Positions 19,044-28,072 of a stretch of DNA of 49,837 nt are shown one piece after another. The stretch comes from a bacterium. Its GTDB lineage: Bacteria > Blakebacterota > Blakebacteria > Blakebacterales > Blakebacteraceae. Location of the stretch: NCBI GenBank assembly GCA_025774615.1, contig JALGVQ010000003.1, positions 1 through 49,837 of the forward strand, in the 5' to 3' direction. The translations under genes and the position numbers were made by a program. The notes beneath the pieces are model-generated. The model saw only the letters and a program-made list of their open reading frames with translations, did not search any database and had not been told where the DNA came from. The stretch's first letter is position 1. Each line of letters opens with the position of its first letter.

Positions 19044-19709
19044 GTGAAACGCCTGGTTTCCCTTCTTTCCTGTTCCATCATCCTGATCCTCTTCCTCTCC
19101 CCGGCTCTCCGTGCTCAGATCGGACCGACCGCGAGAGAGATTCTGCCCGATCCGCCCCGTTTCATCTTCCAGGTCGGTGGCAATCTGGGCATGCCGGTGG
19201 GAGATCTGGGAGCAACCGATTTCACAAGGGGCGGCTTTGCGACTCAGGGGATCGGTTTCGAACTCAGGGGATATGCCGCGCTCACCAGGCATGTCTCGAT
19301 CTTCGCCGGCTATTTCCGATCGAGGTTCGGCTACGACACGACGATGCTCGAGGAACAGATCGGGCTTCTGATAGAGAATCCGAAACAGGGATTCAGAACT
19401 GTTCATACAGGTGTGCGGTTCTTGTTCTCAGACGCCAGTGAGGCGATTTCCTATATGCAGGGAAGTGTGGGGAGGTACCAATTCGAGAGTCAGGCTACTC
19501 ACGGCGGTGATCTGCTCGTGGATTCGGTCGATTCCGAAATCGGTTACTCACTCGGTGTCGGGGTCATGAACCGTCATATGGGCCCCGGATTCGATGTGAC
19601 CTTCGCGATCCACTTCACCGACGTCACGTTTCCCAACGGGTATAAGATGAAGGCCCGCTGGCTCTCATTCACGATCATGACAGGCCTGGCAGCGGGCAGT
19701 GTGAAGTGA
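19044..19709 (+). CDS. Small outer-membrane beta-barrel protein
   Basis: Signal peptide (LRA-Q), alternating Gly/aromatic amphipathic strands, AAGGA RBS. Confidence 0.65.
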   Translation: MKRLVSLLSCSIILILFLSPALRAQIGPTAREILPDPPRFIFQVGGNLGMPVGDLGATDFTRGGFATQGIGFELRGYAALTRHVSIFAGYFRSRFGYDTTMLEEQIGLLIENPKQGFRTVHTGVRFLFSDASEAISYMQGSVGRYQFESQATHGGDLLVDSVDSEIGYSLGVGVMNRHMGPGFDVTFAIHFTDVTFPNGYKMKARWLSFTIMTGLAAGSVK

Positions 19710-19885
19710 CCGGATGAGACCGACCGTTCTCTTAGCGTTCAACCTCCACCTTTACTTCAACCGCAGCCGGATAGTGAAACGGCGGTAATCGTCGACGCCG
19801 ACTGCCGAACCATCCCCTTCCCGTACTGCGAAACGCAGCGCCGGGCCATAAACAACAGCCGTGTCACATGCCGAATCGAACTTGA

Positions 19886-22360
19886 TCACCTAATCAGGGA
19901 GGAGTTCGATCCCCGGCGGTGTGAGGTATGGCAACCGAAACCTATCGGGGCATCCCCCTCACGCGCGTCTGACCTGACGGGGCCTTCCTCAACGGTACCC
20001 CATCTGAGACCATCAAGATCGAGTTCGAATCCACGCCGACCACTGACCTCCAGCGTCCTGCTCCCCGAGCGGAGGGCACCTTCGTCCGTGCCCTTTCCGG
20101 ACAGCCGTTCATGCACGTTCGGCCGGGGGGCGAATGTGACCGTGAGACCCTCCGGGCCGCTCACCCGGAGAGTGTAACTCACCTGCCGACCTGTATAGGA
20201 CCTGGCAAGGTCCAGGCCGAGGTATCCACCCCCGGGAAGGGGATAGCCGCGCATCTGCATGCGTTTCCACCCGCCTGGCAGCTGGGGGGCGACGGTGATC
20301 GTATTGTTCGGCAGATCGAGTTCCAGCCCCAGAACGCCGCGGATCAGATTGGCCGGGACAGGACTGGCTGAAAATAACTGGTGGGGGACGGTCGTCTCGA
20401 GCGCAGTGAAATAATCCCCCGACATCACCTCCGGTTGTCGGCCGAGCGCATCGATGAAGGTATTGCGGGCGACCTGCTGCAGGTGCTGATACCCGGCATA
20501 CCGGCGTCCGGCGGCATATTCGGCCATGGCCACGTAGCCGGTGAGGAACGGCCAGACGGCCCCGTTGTTATAGCCGACCGGGTCGTAGAAGGAATTATCC
20601 TCAGAGAGCATCCTGGTGCCCCAGTCGGTGGTGATCCGCGCCGAGGCGACCATGTCGAGGGTGTTCTCTGCCGGCTCGCCCTCGATCAGCCCGAAGACGA
20701 TCGGGAATGTGGCCCAGGCAGTAGCGTCGTTCTTCGACTCCCCGCTCACCGCCACCCCGAAATTGAGAGTCTCTGTTTCCGGATCGATGAAGAGTTCTGC
20801 CAGCCGCTCCCTCGCCCTCTGGTGCTCGTTCTGAAAAAATCCGATGAGGTCGAGCTCCCCTCTGAGTTCCGCCAGATAGGCAAGATCGGAGAGCGCCCGG
20901 GTCCAGACCGTGGCGATGAAGACACCTGTTTTCAGCCCTTCACGGAGACTACCCAGTTCGGAGGCTCCAAGCCCGGCCCGGGAGTTGTCCATGAGACCGT
21001 CGCCATCCTCGTCGGCCCACTTCCCGAATTCATACGCCTTCATCAGGTGAGGCCATGACCGTTCGAGCAGGTTCCGGTCGTCGGTCCAGCGGATGTAGTT
21101 GGCAAGCGCCACGATATAGAAAGGGGTCGTGTCGCCGTGTATCCAGGCATAGGGATACTCGCCGAACCAGTCGATGAGCATCGCCGAACGGGTGAGTTCG
21201 TGCATCATCTTCCCATCCTCGCGCTGGAAACCTTCGAGGAACGGGAAAGCGTCGGCCAGGACCCATCCCTGCCCGGCGGCCACGAGACCGAATGAGTTGA
21301 TGCTGGTATCTCCCCCGAAGTACCAGGAGAAACCGGGCCTGAAACCACTCCCCGTCGGACCGAATCCGGCCACCAGCCCGGTGCCGAGTCCCGGCGTCAG
21401 CTGGTGACCATCGGTGAGCGAACTCACCGCCCACCGGTACGCCTCCTCGAGGCGGTCGTCAGGCAATGAAATATCCACCACCCGCGGCCCTTCGGCCCAG
21501 GCACGTTTCCGCTCGGCAAGCAGATCTCCTCCCAGCGCTGCTGCCTTCCGGTATCGCTCGAGCGTTACCTGTCGATCCTCCTCTCCACCGGTGACAATCA
21601 TGACGACTGGGCCTTCACCCGCACGTTCACAGGTAACGGGGATCTCGAACGCATTGGCACCGGCCAGCTGGTGCGCGGGAGCCGATGATCCCCGCGTGGC
21701 GTCCGGTGATCCGATGACGGCGTTTACCTTTCCACGGCTCTCTCCAAGCACGTATCCCGGAACGCCGGCATCGAACCAGGCGTACTGACCACCCATACCG
21801 GCAGGCCACATCGGCAGAAGGTCAGGTATGAACGAAGCGACGATGGTGAGGTCGGTGGAGGTGTCCACCTCAAGGAGCATCACCAGCGTCGGATCCACGG
21901 CATGCGCCAGCAGAGTCTGTCTGATCTGGAAACGGGAATGCACGAAAGTGATCTGTACACCATAAGGACGCACCTCGACCGTGCGGGCCAGATCGGTCAG
22001 GTCAATCTCGCTCCCTACCTCACCGGTGCGGACTGCCAGATTGAAACCATGAAAGACTTTCCACGGCCACACCCACGCCTCGAGTATTCCCTCTTCGGTC
22101 CCCATCCAGACCGCCGAACGGCCGATGGCGTCGATGAAGGCGCCCGGTCTGGCCGGGCCCCGCAACACCCATTCATCCTGGCCGAGTGATTTGACGGGAT
22201 ACGCCCCGTTCGCGGGCGCGAAGTTGAGACGTGCCGACACCCCGGGGACCGTTTCCTGCGCCAGAGTGTCCGCCGGACTGACTGTGAAGAGAAGGGGAAG
22301 CGCCATCACGAAGAGGGCGAATGACATCCTGGTGACAGGTAGTGATCGACAGACACGCAT
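19886..22360 (-). CDS. Secreted (alpha/alpha)6 glycoside hydrolase (amylo-alpha-1,6-glucosidase / GH63-like); 3' end possibly frameshifted
   Basis: RPGFSWYFGGD, QREDGKMMHE, DTTP, DEDGDGL, YNNGAVWPF, PEVMSG, PHQ. Start moved to 22360 (GGAG RBS, signal peptide, no overlap with Yip1). Confidence 0.82.
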   Translation of the reverse strand: MRVCRSLPVTRMSFALFVMALPLLFTVSPADTLAQETVPGVSARLNFAPANGAYPVKSLGQDEWVLRGPARPGAFIDAIGRSAVWMGTEEGILEAWVWPWKVFHGFNLAVRTGEVGSEIDLTDLARTVEVRPYGVQITFVHSRFQIRQTLLAHAVDPTLVMLLEVDTSTDLTIVASFIPDLLPMWPAGMGGQYAWFDAGVPGYVLGESRGKVNAVIGSPDATRGSSAPAHQLAGANAFEIPVTCERAGEGPVVMIVTGGEEDRQVTLERYRKAAALGGDLLAERKRAWAEGPRVVDISLPDDRLEEAYRWAVSSLTDGHQLTPGLGTGLVAGFGPTGSGFRPGFSWYFGGDTSINSFGLVAAGQGWVLADAFPFLEGFQREDGKMMHELTRSAMLIDWFGEYPYAWIHGDTTPFYIVALANYIRWTDDRNLLERSWPHLMKAYEFGKWADEDGDGLMDNSRAGLGASELGSLREGLKTGVFIATVWTRALSDLAYLAELRGELDLIGFFQNEHQRARERLAELFIDPETETLNFGVAVSGESKNDATAWATFPIVFGLIEGEPAENTLDMVASARITTDWGTRMLSEDNSFYDPVGYNNGAVWPFLTGYVAMAEYAAGRRYAGYQHLQQVARNTFIDALGRQPEVMSGDYFTALETTVPHQLFSASPVPANLIRGVLGLELDLPNNTITVAPQLPGGWKRMQMRGYPLPGGGYLGLDLARSYTGRQVSYTLRVSGPEGLTVTFAPRPNVHERLSGKGTDEGALRSGSRTLEVSGRRGFELDLDGLRWGTVEEGPVRSDAREGDAPIGFGCHTSHRRGSNSSLIR

Positions 22361-22371
22361 CGACTTCTCCT

Positions 22372-23019
22372 TTACGACAGGACGGGGAGACCAAGCAGGT
22401 CGGGTGCGATAAGCGAGACCACAATGACCACGGTCGCCACTGCCAGTATGAGTATTACCACGACCGGAAGCAGATATGCCAGGAGGAGTATCCAGACAGG
22501 GACCTGGTGGATCCGTTTCAGCGCAATGAACTGGAGGATCCCCATCCACATTCCTCCCACCAATGCGCCCACGTAGGGTATGTAGCCGAAAATGGCCGGG
22601 GCGGATGCGTATCCTCCGGCCCTGAAGGTGCCGCCCCACCCACCCCGGGCATGTCCCATCAGTTTGAGCAGGACATGTACGGCACAGAGATCAGCCAGAA
22701 GCGAGGCGAACTGCAGCAGCGGCGCCACGATCACGAATACCCACCAGGGAATCGTGAAGTAGAGGGGTTCAGGCGAGGTGACGAGGATCTCCAGCATCTC
22801 ATTGAGGAATGCGTAGGCGCTGATTCCCGATATGAACATGGGGGGCAAGGTCGTGAGCATCCAGAATCCGACAACGCTCGCGACCGGACCTGAAGGTGGA
22901 AGCGCTTCGAAGAAGAGGATCGGCGCCCTCACCACATCGATGATGGTTCCGAAGAATGCCGTGAGCGGACCGGTCTCTGATATCCGTTCCCAGGCAGGTG
23001 GCATCTGAGGAGCATTCAT
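22372..23019 (-). CDS. Yip1 family membrane protein
   Basis: N-terminal PAWE, P..FF, HVLL.L.G...G..GTFR...YASAP...IP.VG; about 5 TM. Confidence 0.8.
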   Translation of the reverse strand: MNAPQMPPAWERISETGPLTAFFGTIIDVVRAPILFFEALPPSGPVASVVGFWMLTTLPPMFISGISAYAFLNEMLEILVTSPEPLYFTIPWWVFVIVAPLLQFASLLADLCAVHVLLKLMGHARGGWGGTFRAGGYASAPAIFGYIPYVGALVGGMWMGILQFIALKRIHQVPVWILLLAYLLPVVVILILAVATVVIVVSLIAPDLLGLPVLS

Positions 23020-23061
23020 CCTCTCATCCTAACACTCAAGAGAGTCTTTTCGACAGTCTCC

Positions 23062-24036
23062 TCAAGAACCTGATTCACCCTCCTCATCAGCGATCAGGTC
23101 TCCCCGCTGTTTCAGTATCGAATCGAGAGTGCTCCTGTAGATCAGGAAGACCGTTTCATCCCCACCCTTCCTGATATAATACCGGTTGTTATCATCGGGA
23201 ATCTCACAGACTCTCATCTCGATCGTCGACCCGTCCACGAGACGTCCGTCGATCATGATCACCGGGTTTTCCCAGTCAGCTTCGACCGGATCACCCGGTT
23301 CCGGGAACCCGGAGGCACCGAGACCGGCAACCTTCCGGACGATCGCCATGGCCTTGCTGGAGTCTGCTTCGGCCAACCCTTCCTCAGTCTGAAGCACCCA
23401 GGGAACCTCAGGAGCATCCGGTATGCTCCCCCGGATCGCCAGCGCGTAGTTCACTTCTTCCCCGACCACCTGCAATTGTTCGATGCTCTCGACCGGGAGG
23501 GAGAAGATCGTCCGGTCCTGCCAGGCACTCACTGTCTTGTTGAAGTACCCGCTGAGAAGCCCGCTGGCAGTGTGGACGTCATCCTCGGTGAAACGGCGGA
23601 TAAACGTATGACTGAAATCACTGGTCATCTTCCCGACATACATCGACATCAGCCTCCGGTCGCCCTCTCTGCCTCCGTAGAGCTGGACGAGTACACCGGT
23701 ATCGGCCCCCACCTCGTAGAGATCGTGATTCGCGGAATTGCTCGAGACGACGTTCACCGTCGTGAGCTCCTCGACCTTACCGAGGAGCTCATCAACCAGG
23801 GTCTGGTTTGCGGGATACTCGATCGGAGCGGTGATCAGCCACACCCCACCCCGCTGTTCCAGGGTGACGTCGTTTCCCTTACCGCTGATGGATATCCGGG
23901 TGACATCTTCAATAACCACATCTTCGAAAGAGCGGACCCGGGAGGTTGTTCGTCGCCGTTCCATGCTGTTCCAGGCGATGGTCACCACCAGCAGGACTCC
24001 AAACGCGATCAGCAGTTTTCTTGTGCTTCCTGACAT
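23062..24036 (-). CDS. DUF4340 domain protein
   Basis: N-terminal TM, two repeats (W.ITAP..YPA...V; W.DRTIF); typical position after a GldG-like gene. Confidence 0.82.
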   Translation of the reverse strand: MSGSTRKLLIAFGVLLVVTIAWNSMERRRTTSRVRSFEDVVIEDVTRISISGKGNDVTLEQRGGVWLITAPIEYPANQTLVDELLGKVEELTTVNVVSSNSANHDLYEVGADTGVLVQLYGGREGDRRLMSMYVGKMTSDFSHTFIRRFTEDDVHTASGLLSGYFNKTVSAWQDRTIFSLPVESIEQLQVVGEEVNYALAIRGSIPDAPEVPWVLQTEEGLAEADSSKAMAIVRKVAGLGASGFPEPGDPVEADWENPVIMIDGRLVDGSTIEMRVCEIPDDNNRYYIRKGGDETVFLIYRSTLDSILKQRGDLIADEEGESGS

Positions 24037-24039
24037 GTC

Positions 24040-25725
24040 CTATTCCTCCGATGCTGACGCTACAACTGCCGTTTCATGTTCCCGCCTCCGACGATACCGC
24101 CACCAGAGGAGTCCCGCCAGAATCGCGAGCGTGGAAGGCAGGAGGATGTTCAGCCATTTGATGAGGGCCCGCACAGTGTCGGGAAGTTCCTTCAGGGGGC
24201 GGTGATCGACCTCCTTGGCCCTGATACTTATCAGGGCTTCATCCTGGAAGAGCCAGTCGGCCATGTTGAGCAGCAGGGTGATATTCGCCCCATTCTGATC
24301 GGCAGTCACGAACTGTTCCTTCGCAAAGGTGCCGTCACCCACCACCACTAACCGGTTTTCAACGGGGCCGGAGATGATACCGGGAAGGAACACCGAGTCA
24401 GGAACCGCGGGGGGTGCGCCGAAAGCGCTCGTGAACTCCCCGGTGATCGTGGCCGCCAGGGCGTAGGGTCCACCCTGGAAATTGCCCCCCGCCATCGCCT
24501 GGTTGGGCTGGGTGAAGAAGAACTCTTCCTGAAGGCTGGAGATCTCACTCGAGTAGATGATCGGCTCGATGGTCACGCGCGGTGGTGAAGCCGGCCACGT
24601 GTGGATGGTGTCTGCGTCGACCCAACTCGTGGAGTCCGGCATGGCGAATGAAGTATCTATCGGGCTCACATAGAAGAACACCGCGTCGCTCATATTCTTT
24701 ACCATCGGGTGTTCTTTATTGTAATTCCGGATCCTCGGGAAGAAGGGGTAGGGCATCTGCTCCTGGACCCGGAACATGCCGCGCTGTGACGTCACACCGA
24801 TCGGAAAGTTGTACCGATCCATCACCAGCGCTTTCCGCACCCGGATGCCGTAGTAAGCGAGCCACGAATCCATTCCAAGGAGCATCGGTTGAGCCATTCC
24901 CTGCTGTGACCGCTGCAGATCGGCATCGACCGCGTCTATAAGCCACGCGGTCCGCCCGCCGCGCATGATGAACTGATCGATGGCGTACCGCTCCCACTTG
25001 CTGAAACCCTCAACCGGTCCGACGATATAGAGTGCCTCGATATCGGGCGGCACCGATCTGAAGCTGTCGACCGAAACCGTTCTGATCTGATAGTGGCGTG
25101 CCAGCTCTCTCGTCCAGGTCTGCAGATCGGTATCCGGCTCTGCCATACCATGTCCGGAGAGGAACCCGATGACCGGGAGCGATTCCTGGCTCACCCGCCT
25201 GATGGCCGTGGTGATATCATATTCGAGACCGGCAGTCTGCTGGACGAAGGGGATCGTCTCGGTCCGATCCTGGTACATGAACACAAGGGCAAGGTAGACC
25301 AGCCGATACTCCACCTTGTCCCGCTCGATGACCTGCGCCTGGACCGGCTGGATACCGAAGGCCAGTGCCTCCTGCTCCAGCTCCTCATCACTCGACGGAT
25401 CGACGAATTCGAAGTGAACCTTCTGCCGGCCATAGGCCTGGTAGTCATCCAGCTTGTCCCTGACATACCGCGAGATGCCGACGGCCTGCGCCGGCAGGTC
25501 GCTGCTGAAATACGCCTTGATGGTCAACCTGTCATTGAGTGACCGGACCACTTCCTTGCTCGCCGAACTGAGACTGTAGATACCCCGACCGGAAAGGTCG
25601 AGACGGAGGAAGAGGTTCGTGCCGAGAACATTCGCGACAATCAGTATCCCGGTTATCAGGATCAGGTTTGTCAGGCGGGTCCTGCGGAGTTGCATTGCCT
25701 TCTGGTGAATCATCTGCTCGCTCAT
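24040..25725 (-). CDS. GldG-like ABC auxiliary component
   Basis: RLDLS...YSLS..SK, FEFVDP, EYDIT, IGFLSGHG, DQFIMRGG, NMADWL...LISIR.K; N- and C-terminal TM. Start moved to 25725 (GGAGG RBS). Confidence 0.88.
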   Translation of the reverse strand: MSEQMIHQKAMQLRRTRLTNLILITGILIVANVLGTNLFLRLDLSGRGIYSLSSASKEVVRSLNDRLTIKAYFSSDLPAQAVGISRYVRDKLDDYQAYGRQKVHFEFVDPSSDEELEQEALAFGIQPVQAQVIERDKVEYRLVYLALVFMYQDRTETIPFVQQTAGLEYDITTAIRRVSQESLPVIGFLSGHGMAEPDTDLQTWTRELARHYQIRTVSVDSFRSVPPDIEALYIVGPVEGFSKWERYAIDQFIMRGGRTAWLIDAVDADLQRSQQGMAQPMLLGMDSWLAYYGIRVRKALVMDRYNFPIGVTSQRGMFRVQEQMPYPFFPRIRNYNKEHPMVKNMSDAVFFYVSPIDTSFAMPDSTSWVDADTIHTWPASPPRVTIEPIIYSSEISSLQEEFFFTQPNQAMAGGNFQGGPYALAATITGEFTSAFGAPPAVPDSVFLPGIISGPVENRLVVVGDGTFAKEQFVTADQNGANITLLLNMADWLFQDEALISIRAKEVDHRPLKELPDTVRALIKWLNILLPSTLAILAGLLWWRYRRRREHETAVVASASEE

Positions 25726-25738
25726 TTCATCCCCTCCT

Positions 25739-26482
25739 TTATTCTTTCCGATCCGCCAGACGGTCGGCGGCAAATGCCAGTCCCAGGACCGTCAGGGAGA
25801 GGAAGTAGAGCAGGTCGCGACTGTCGAGTACTCCCCTCGACAGATTGTCGAGATGGTAACCGAGGGAGAGGTACTCCAGGACTCCGGCGATACCCGCGGG
25901 AAGGAAGACAATGACACTGTCGAGTATGAAGAGCGTGAAGAGAACCGCGAACGCAAAGACGAACGCAACGATCTGGTTCCGGCTCAGACTCGACGCGAAC
26001 AGTCCGAGCGCGCAACCGGCTGAGCCCATGAGCATCAGACCGAGGTAACCACCGATCACCGCTCCTTCATCGGGATTACCCAGGAGGAAGATGGTGAACC
26101 AGTAGATGGAGGTGAAGAGAAGTGTCGCAGCCAGGAGGGTGACCCCGGCGAGCCATTTGGCGATCACGATCTCCATATCACTGATCGGATAGGTCACGAG
26201 CAACTGCAGGGAACCGCTCTGCCGCTCTTCAGCAAGAAGCCGCATGGTGATGGCAGGTATGAAGAACACGAATATCAGGCGTCCCACCTCAAAGAAGGTG
26301 CGTAAGCTCGCCTTTCCGCCCAGGAAGAGATCGTTCGCGAAGAACCAGCCCGCCATGAGGAGGAAGACGCTCATCACGACGTACGCGATCGGGGAATTGA
26401 AGTAGGCCTTCAACTCCTTTTTGTAGAGTGCCGTGATATTGCTGTTGGCTATCGCAGTGAGATTCAGAGTCGACATGTTCAC
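25739..26482 (-). CDS. GldF-like ABC permease
   Basis: KELKAYFNSPIAY, PAITMRLLAEERQSG.L.LL.T.P, S.NQIVAF, RGVLDSRDL.YF. Confidence 0.9.
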   Translation of the reverse strand: MNMSTLNLTAIANSNITALYKKELKAYFNSPIAYVVMSVFLLMAGWFFANDLFLGGKASLRTFFEVGRLIFVFFIPAITMRLLAEERQSGSLQLLVTYPISDMEIVIAKWLAGVTLLAATLLFTSIYWFTIFLLGNPDEGAVIGGYLGLMLMGSAGCALGLFASSLSRNQIVAFVFAFAVLFTLFILDSVIVFLPAGIAGVLEYLSLGYHLDNLSRGVLDSRDLLYFLSLTVLGLAFAADRLADRKE

Positions 26483-27462
26483 CCCTCCCTCTCTGAGGCC
26501 GGGCCGGTCCTGCGGACCGATTCGTCGCCGACGGTGAGTTCACGGAAAATGTCCTCGAGGGTGCCCTGCTCGAGGTGGAGTTCCACGAGCGGCCACTCAT
26601 TGCCGGCTGCCAGCCGGTAGAGATCGAGTCGGAGATCACTTTCCTTCCCGGTCTCGAGCGAGAGGAGTGCCACCCCCCCCTCGACTCCGGTGGACTCGAC
26701 ACTCGAGACACCCGGAAGCGCTTCGATCACCGGCACGGCCGTGGAGACGTCGAACGATCCGGCGGCAAATCCGATCTGAAGGCGCTGCGAGCCCTGCATT
26801 CGGCCCACCAGTTCCTCGGGACTGCCATCAGCCACGATCCCTCCCCGGTTGATGATGATCACCCGGTCGCAGGTGGCGGTTACCTCCGGGAGGATGTGGG
26901 TGGAGAGGATCAGCGTCTTCTCCTTCCCGAACTCCCGGATGAGGGTACGGATCTCCGCTATCTGGTTCGGATCGAGACCGGAAGTCGGTTCATCGAGGAT
27001 GATCAGATCGGGATCGTGCACGAGCGCCTGGGCCAGACCGACCCGCTGGCGGTATCCGCGGGAGAGTTCCCGGATATCCCTGGAAAGGACATCCCCCAGC
27101 CCGCAGACCTCGATCATTTCCCGGATGCGTTTCCCGCGAATGGGAGGCTGCAGTCCTCGCATCTCGGCAACAAACTGCAGGTACTCCAAAACAGGCAGGA
27201 AGGTGTAGAGAGGAGAGTCTTCCGGCAGATATCCGAGACTCTTCCTTATCTCCATCGAATCCTCGAGCACGGACCGGCCGTTGATGATGACATCCCCGGA
27301 TGTGGGAGGCATGTAACAGGTCATGATCTTCATCGTTGTGGTCTTCCCTGCCCCGTTCGGACCGAGAAATCCCAGCACTTCACCTGTCTGTACCTCGAAG
27401 GAGATGTCGTCTACCGCGACGGTCCCGTCATAGCGTTTTCTCAGATTCTCGACGCTGATCAC
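26479..27462 (-). CDS. GldA-like ABC ATP-binding protein
   Basis: GPNGAGKTT, LSRGYRQRVGLAQAL.HDP, LDEPTSGLDPNQ, STHIL.EV. Start moved to GTG 27462 (GGAG RBS). Confidence 0.92.
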   Translation of the reverse strand: MISVENLRKRYDGTVAVDDISFEVQTGEVLGFLGPNGAGKTTTMKIMTCYMPPTSGDVIINGRSVLEDSMEIRKSLGYLPEDSPLYTFLPVLEYLQFVAEMRGLQPPIRGKRIREMIEVCGLGDVLSRDIRELSRGYRQRVGLAQALVHDPDLIILDEPTSGLDPNQIAEIRTLIREFGKEKTLILSTHILPEVTATCDRVIIINRGGIVADGSPEELVGRMQGSQRLQIGFAAGSFDVSTAVPVIEALPGVSSVESTGVEGGVALLSLETGKESDLRLDLYRLAAGNEWPLVELHLEQGTLEDIFRELTVGDESVRRTGPASEREG

Positions 27463-27576
27463 GGGTATCACTCCGTTGTTAGTGTTATGCGATCCAACTG
27501 CTGCCCTTACCACCGTTCCGTTTCACAGAACGGGACGTTCAGTGCCCTGTCATGCAGCAACCGTGGCATTCGCCAC

Positions 27577-28014
27577 CTAGCGCAGGAAGTCGACCAGCTC
27601 GAACCACCAGTCGTAGACACTCTGGACGCCTTCGGCTATCTCGTACCTGAGCGAATCAGCCATTGCTCCCCGATAACCTATAACAAAATTCAGGTTCCCC
27701 ACCGCCCGCACGAACAGCCGCTGATTCGTATCCCAGTCTCTCTTCTGGATGATCCTGTTCTCCGGGCAGTCGAGTCGGGAGACCGGTATTTTCAGGCGTT
27801 CGATCTCCACGATGTTCGCACGTATCGCCGTCCAGTCACTGTCGATTACGGCCTGCTGATAGAGCGGCACGTAGAGCGTGCCGAATTCATGCAGTGCCGG
27901 GATCTGCCGGCTCTTCTCAAGCGTCTTTTCCGGAGACGGATCACCGCAGGCGGACAGCAGAAGCGCTACGGCTGCTACTCCGGGAACCATTCCTGTTATC
28001 AACCGTGATTTCAT
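27577..28014 (-). CDS. Hypothetical helical lipoprotein
   Basis: AGGAG RBS, then MKSRL...ALLLSAC lipobox; amphipathic helices. Confidence 0.7.
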   Translation of the reverse strand: MKSRLITGMVPGVAAVALLLSACGDPSPEKTLEKSRQIPALHEFGTLYVPLYQQAVIDSDWTAIRANIVEIERLKIPVSRLDCPENRIIQKRDWDTNQRLFVRAVGNLNFVIGYRGAMADSLRYEIAEGVQSVYDWWFELVDFLR

Positions 28015-28072
28015 ACTCCTGACCTTTCCCGCGGTTCCCCGGTTGTGGAAAACGTTCGACAGGGATTCATGA

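Noticed and set aside
19895-19925. tRNA T-loop-like GGAGTTCGATCCCC
   Set aside because: The T-stem does not pair, there is no cloverleaf, and it lies antisense within coding sequence.
22361-22639. N-terminal extension of the 917-aa glycoside hydrolase ORF
   Set aside because: It overlaps Yip1 in another frame; the RBS and signal peptide point to ATG 22360.
24040-27462. Evidence of gliding motility from gldA/F/G-like genes
   Set aside because: These ABC modules are widespread in non-gliding bacteria, and no gldK-N or spr genes are in the window.
26575-28008. Long antisense ORFs (also 2792-4018, 30610-32031, 38855-40006, 47960-49552 and many shorter ones)
   Set aside because: They are shadows of well-supported genes on the opposite strand, expected from GC-rich codon bias; no motifs recognised.
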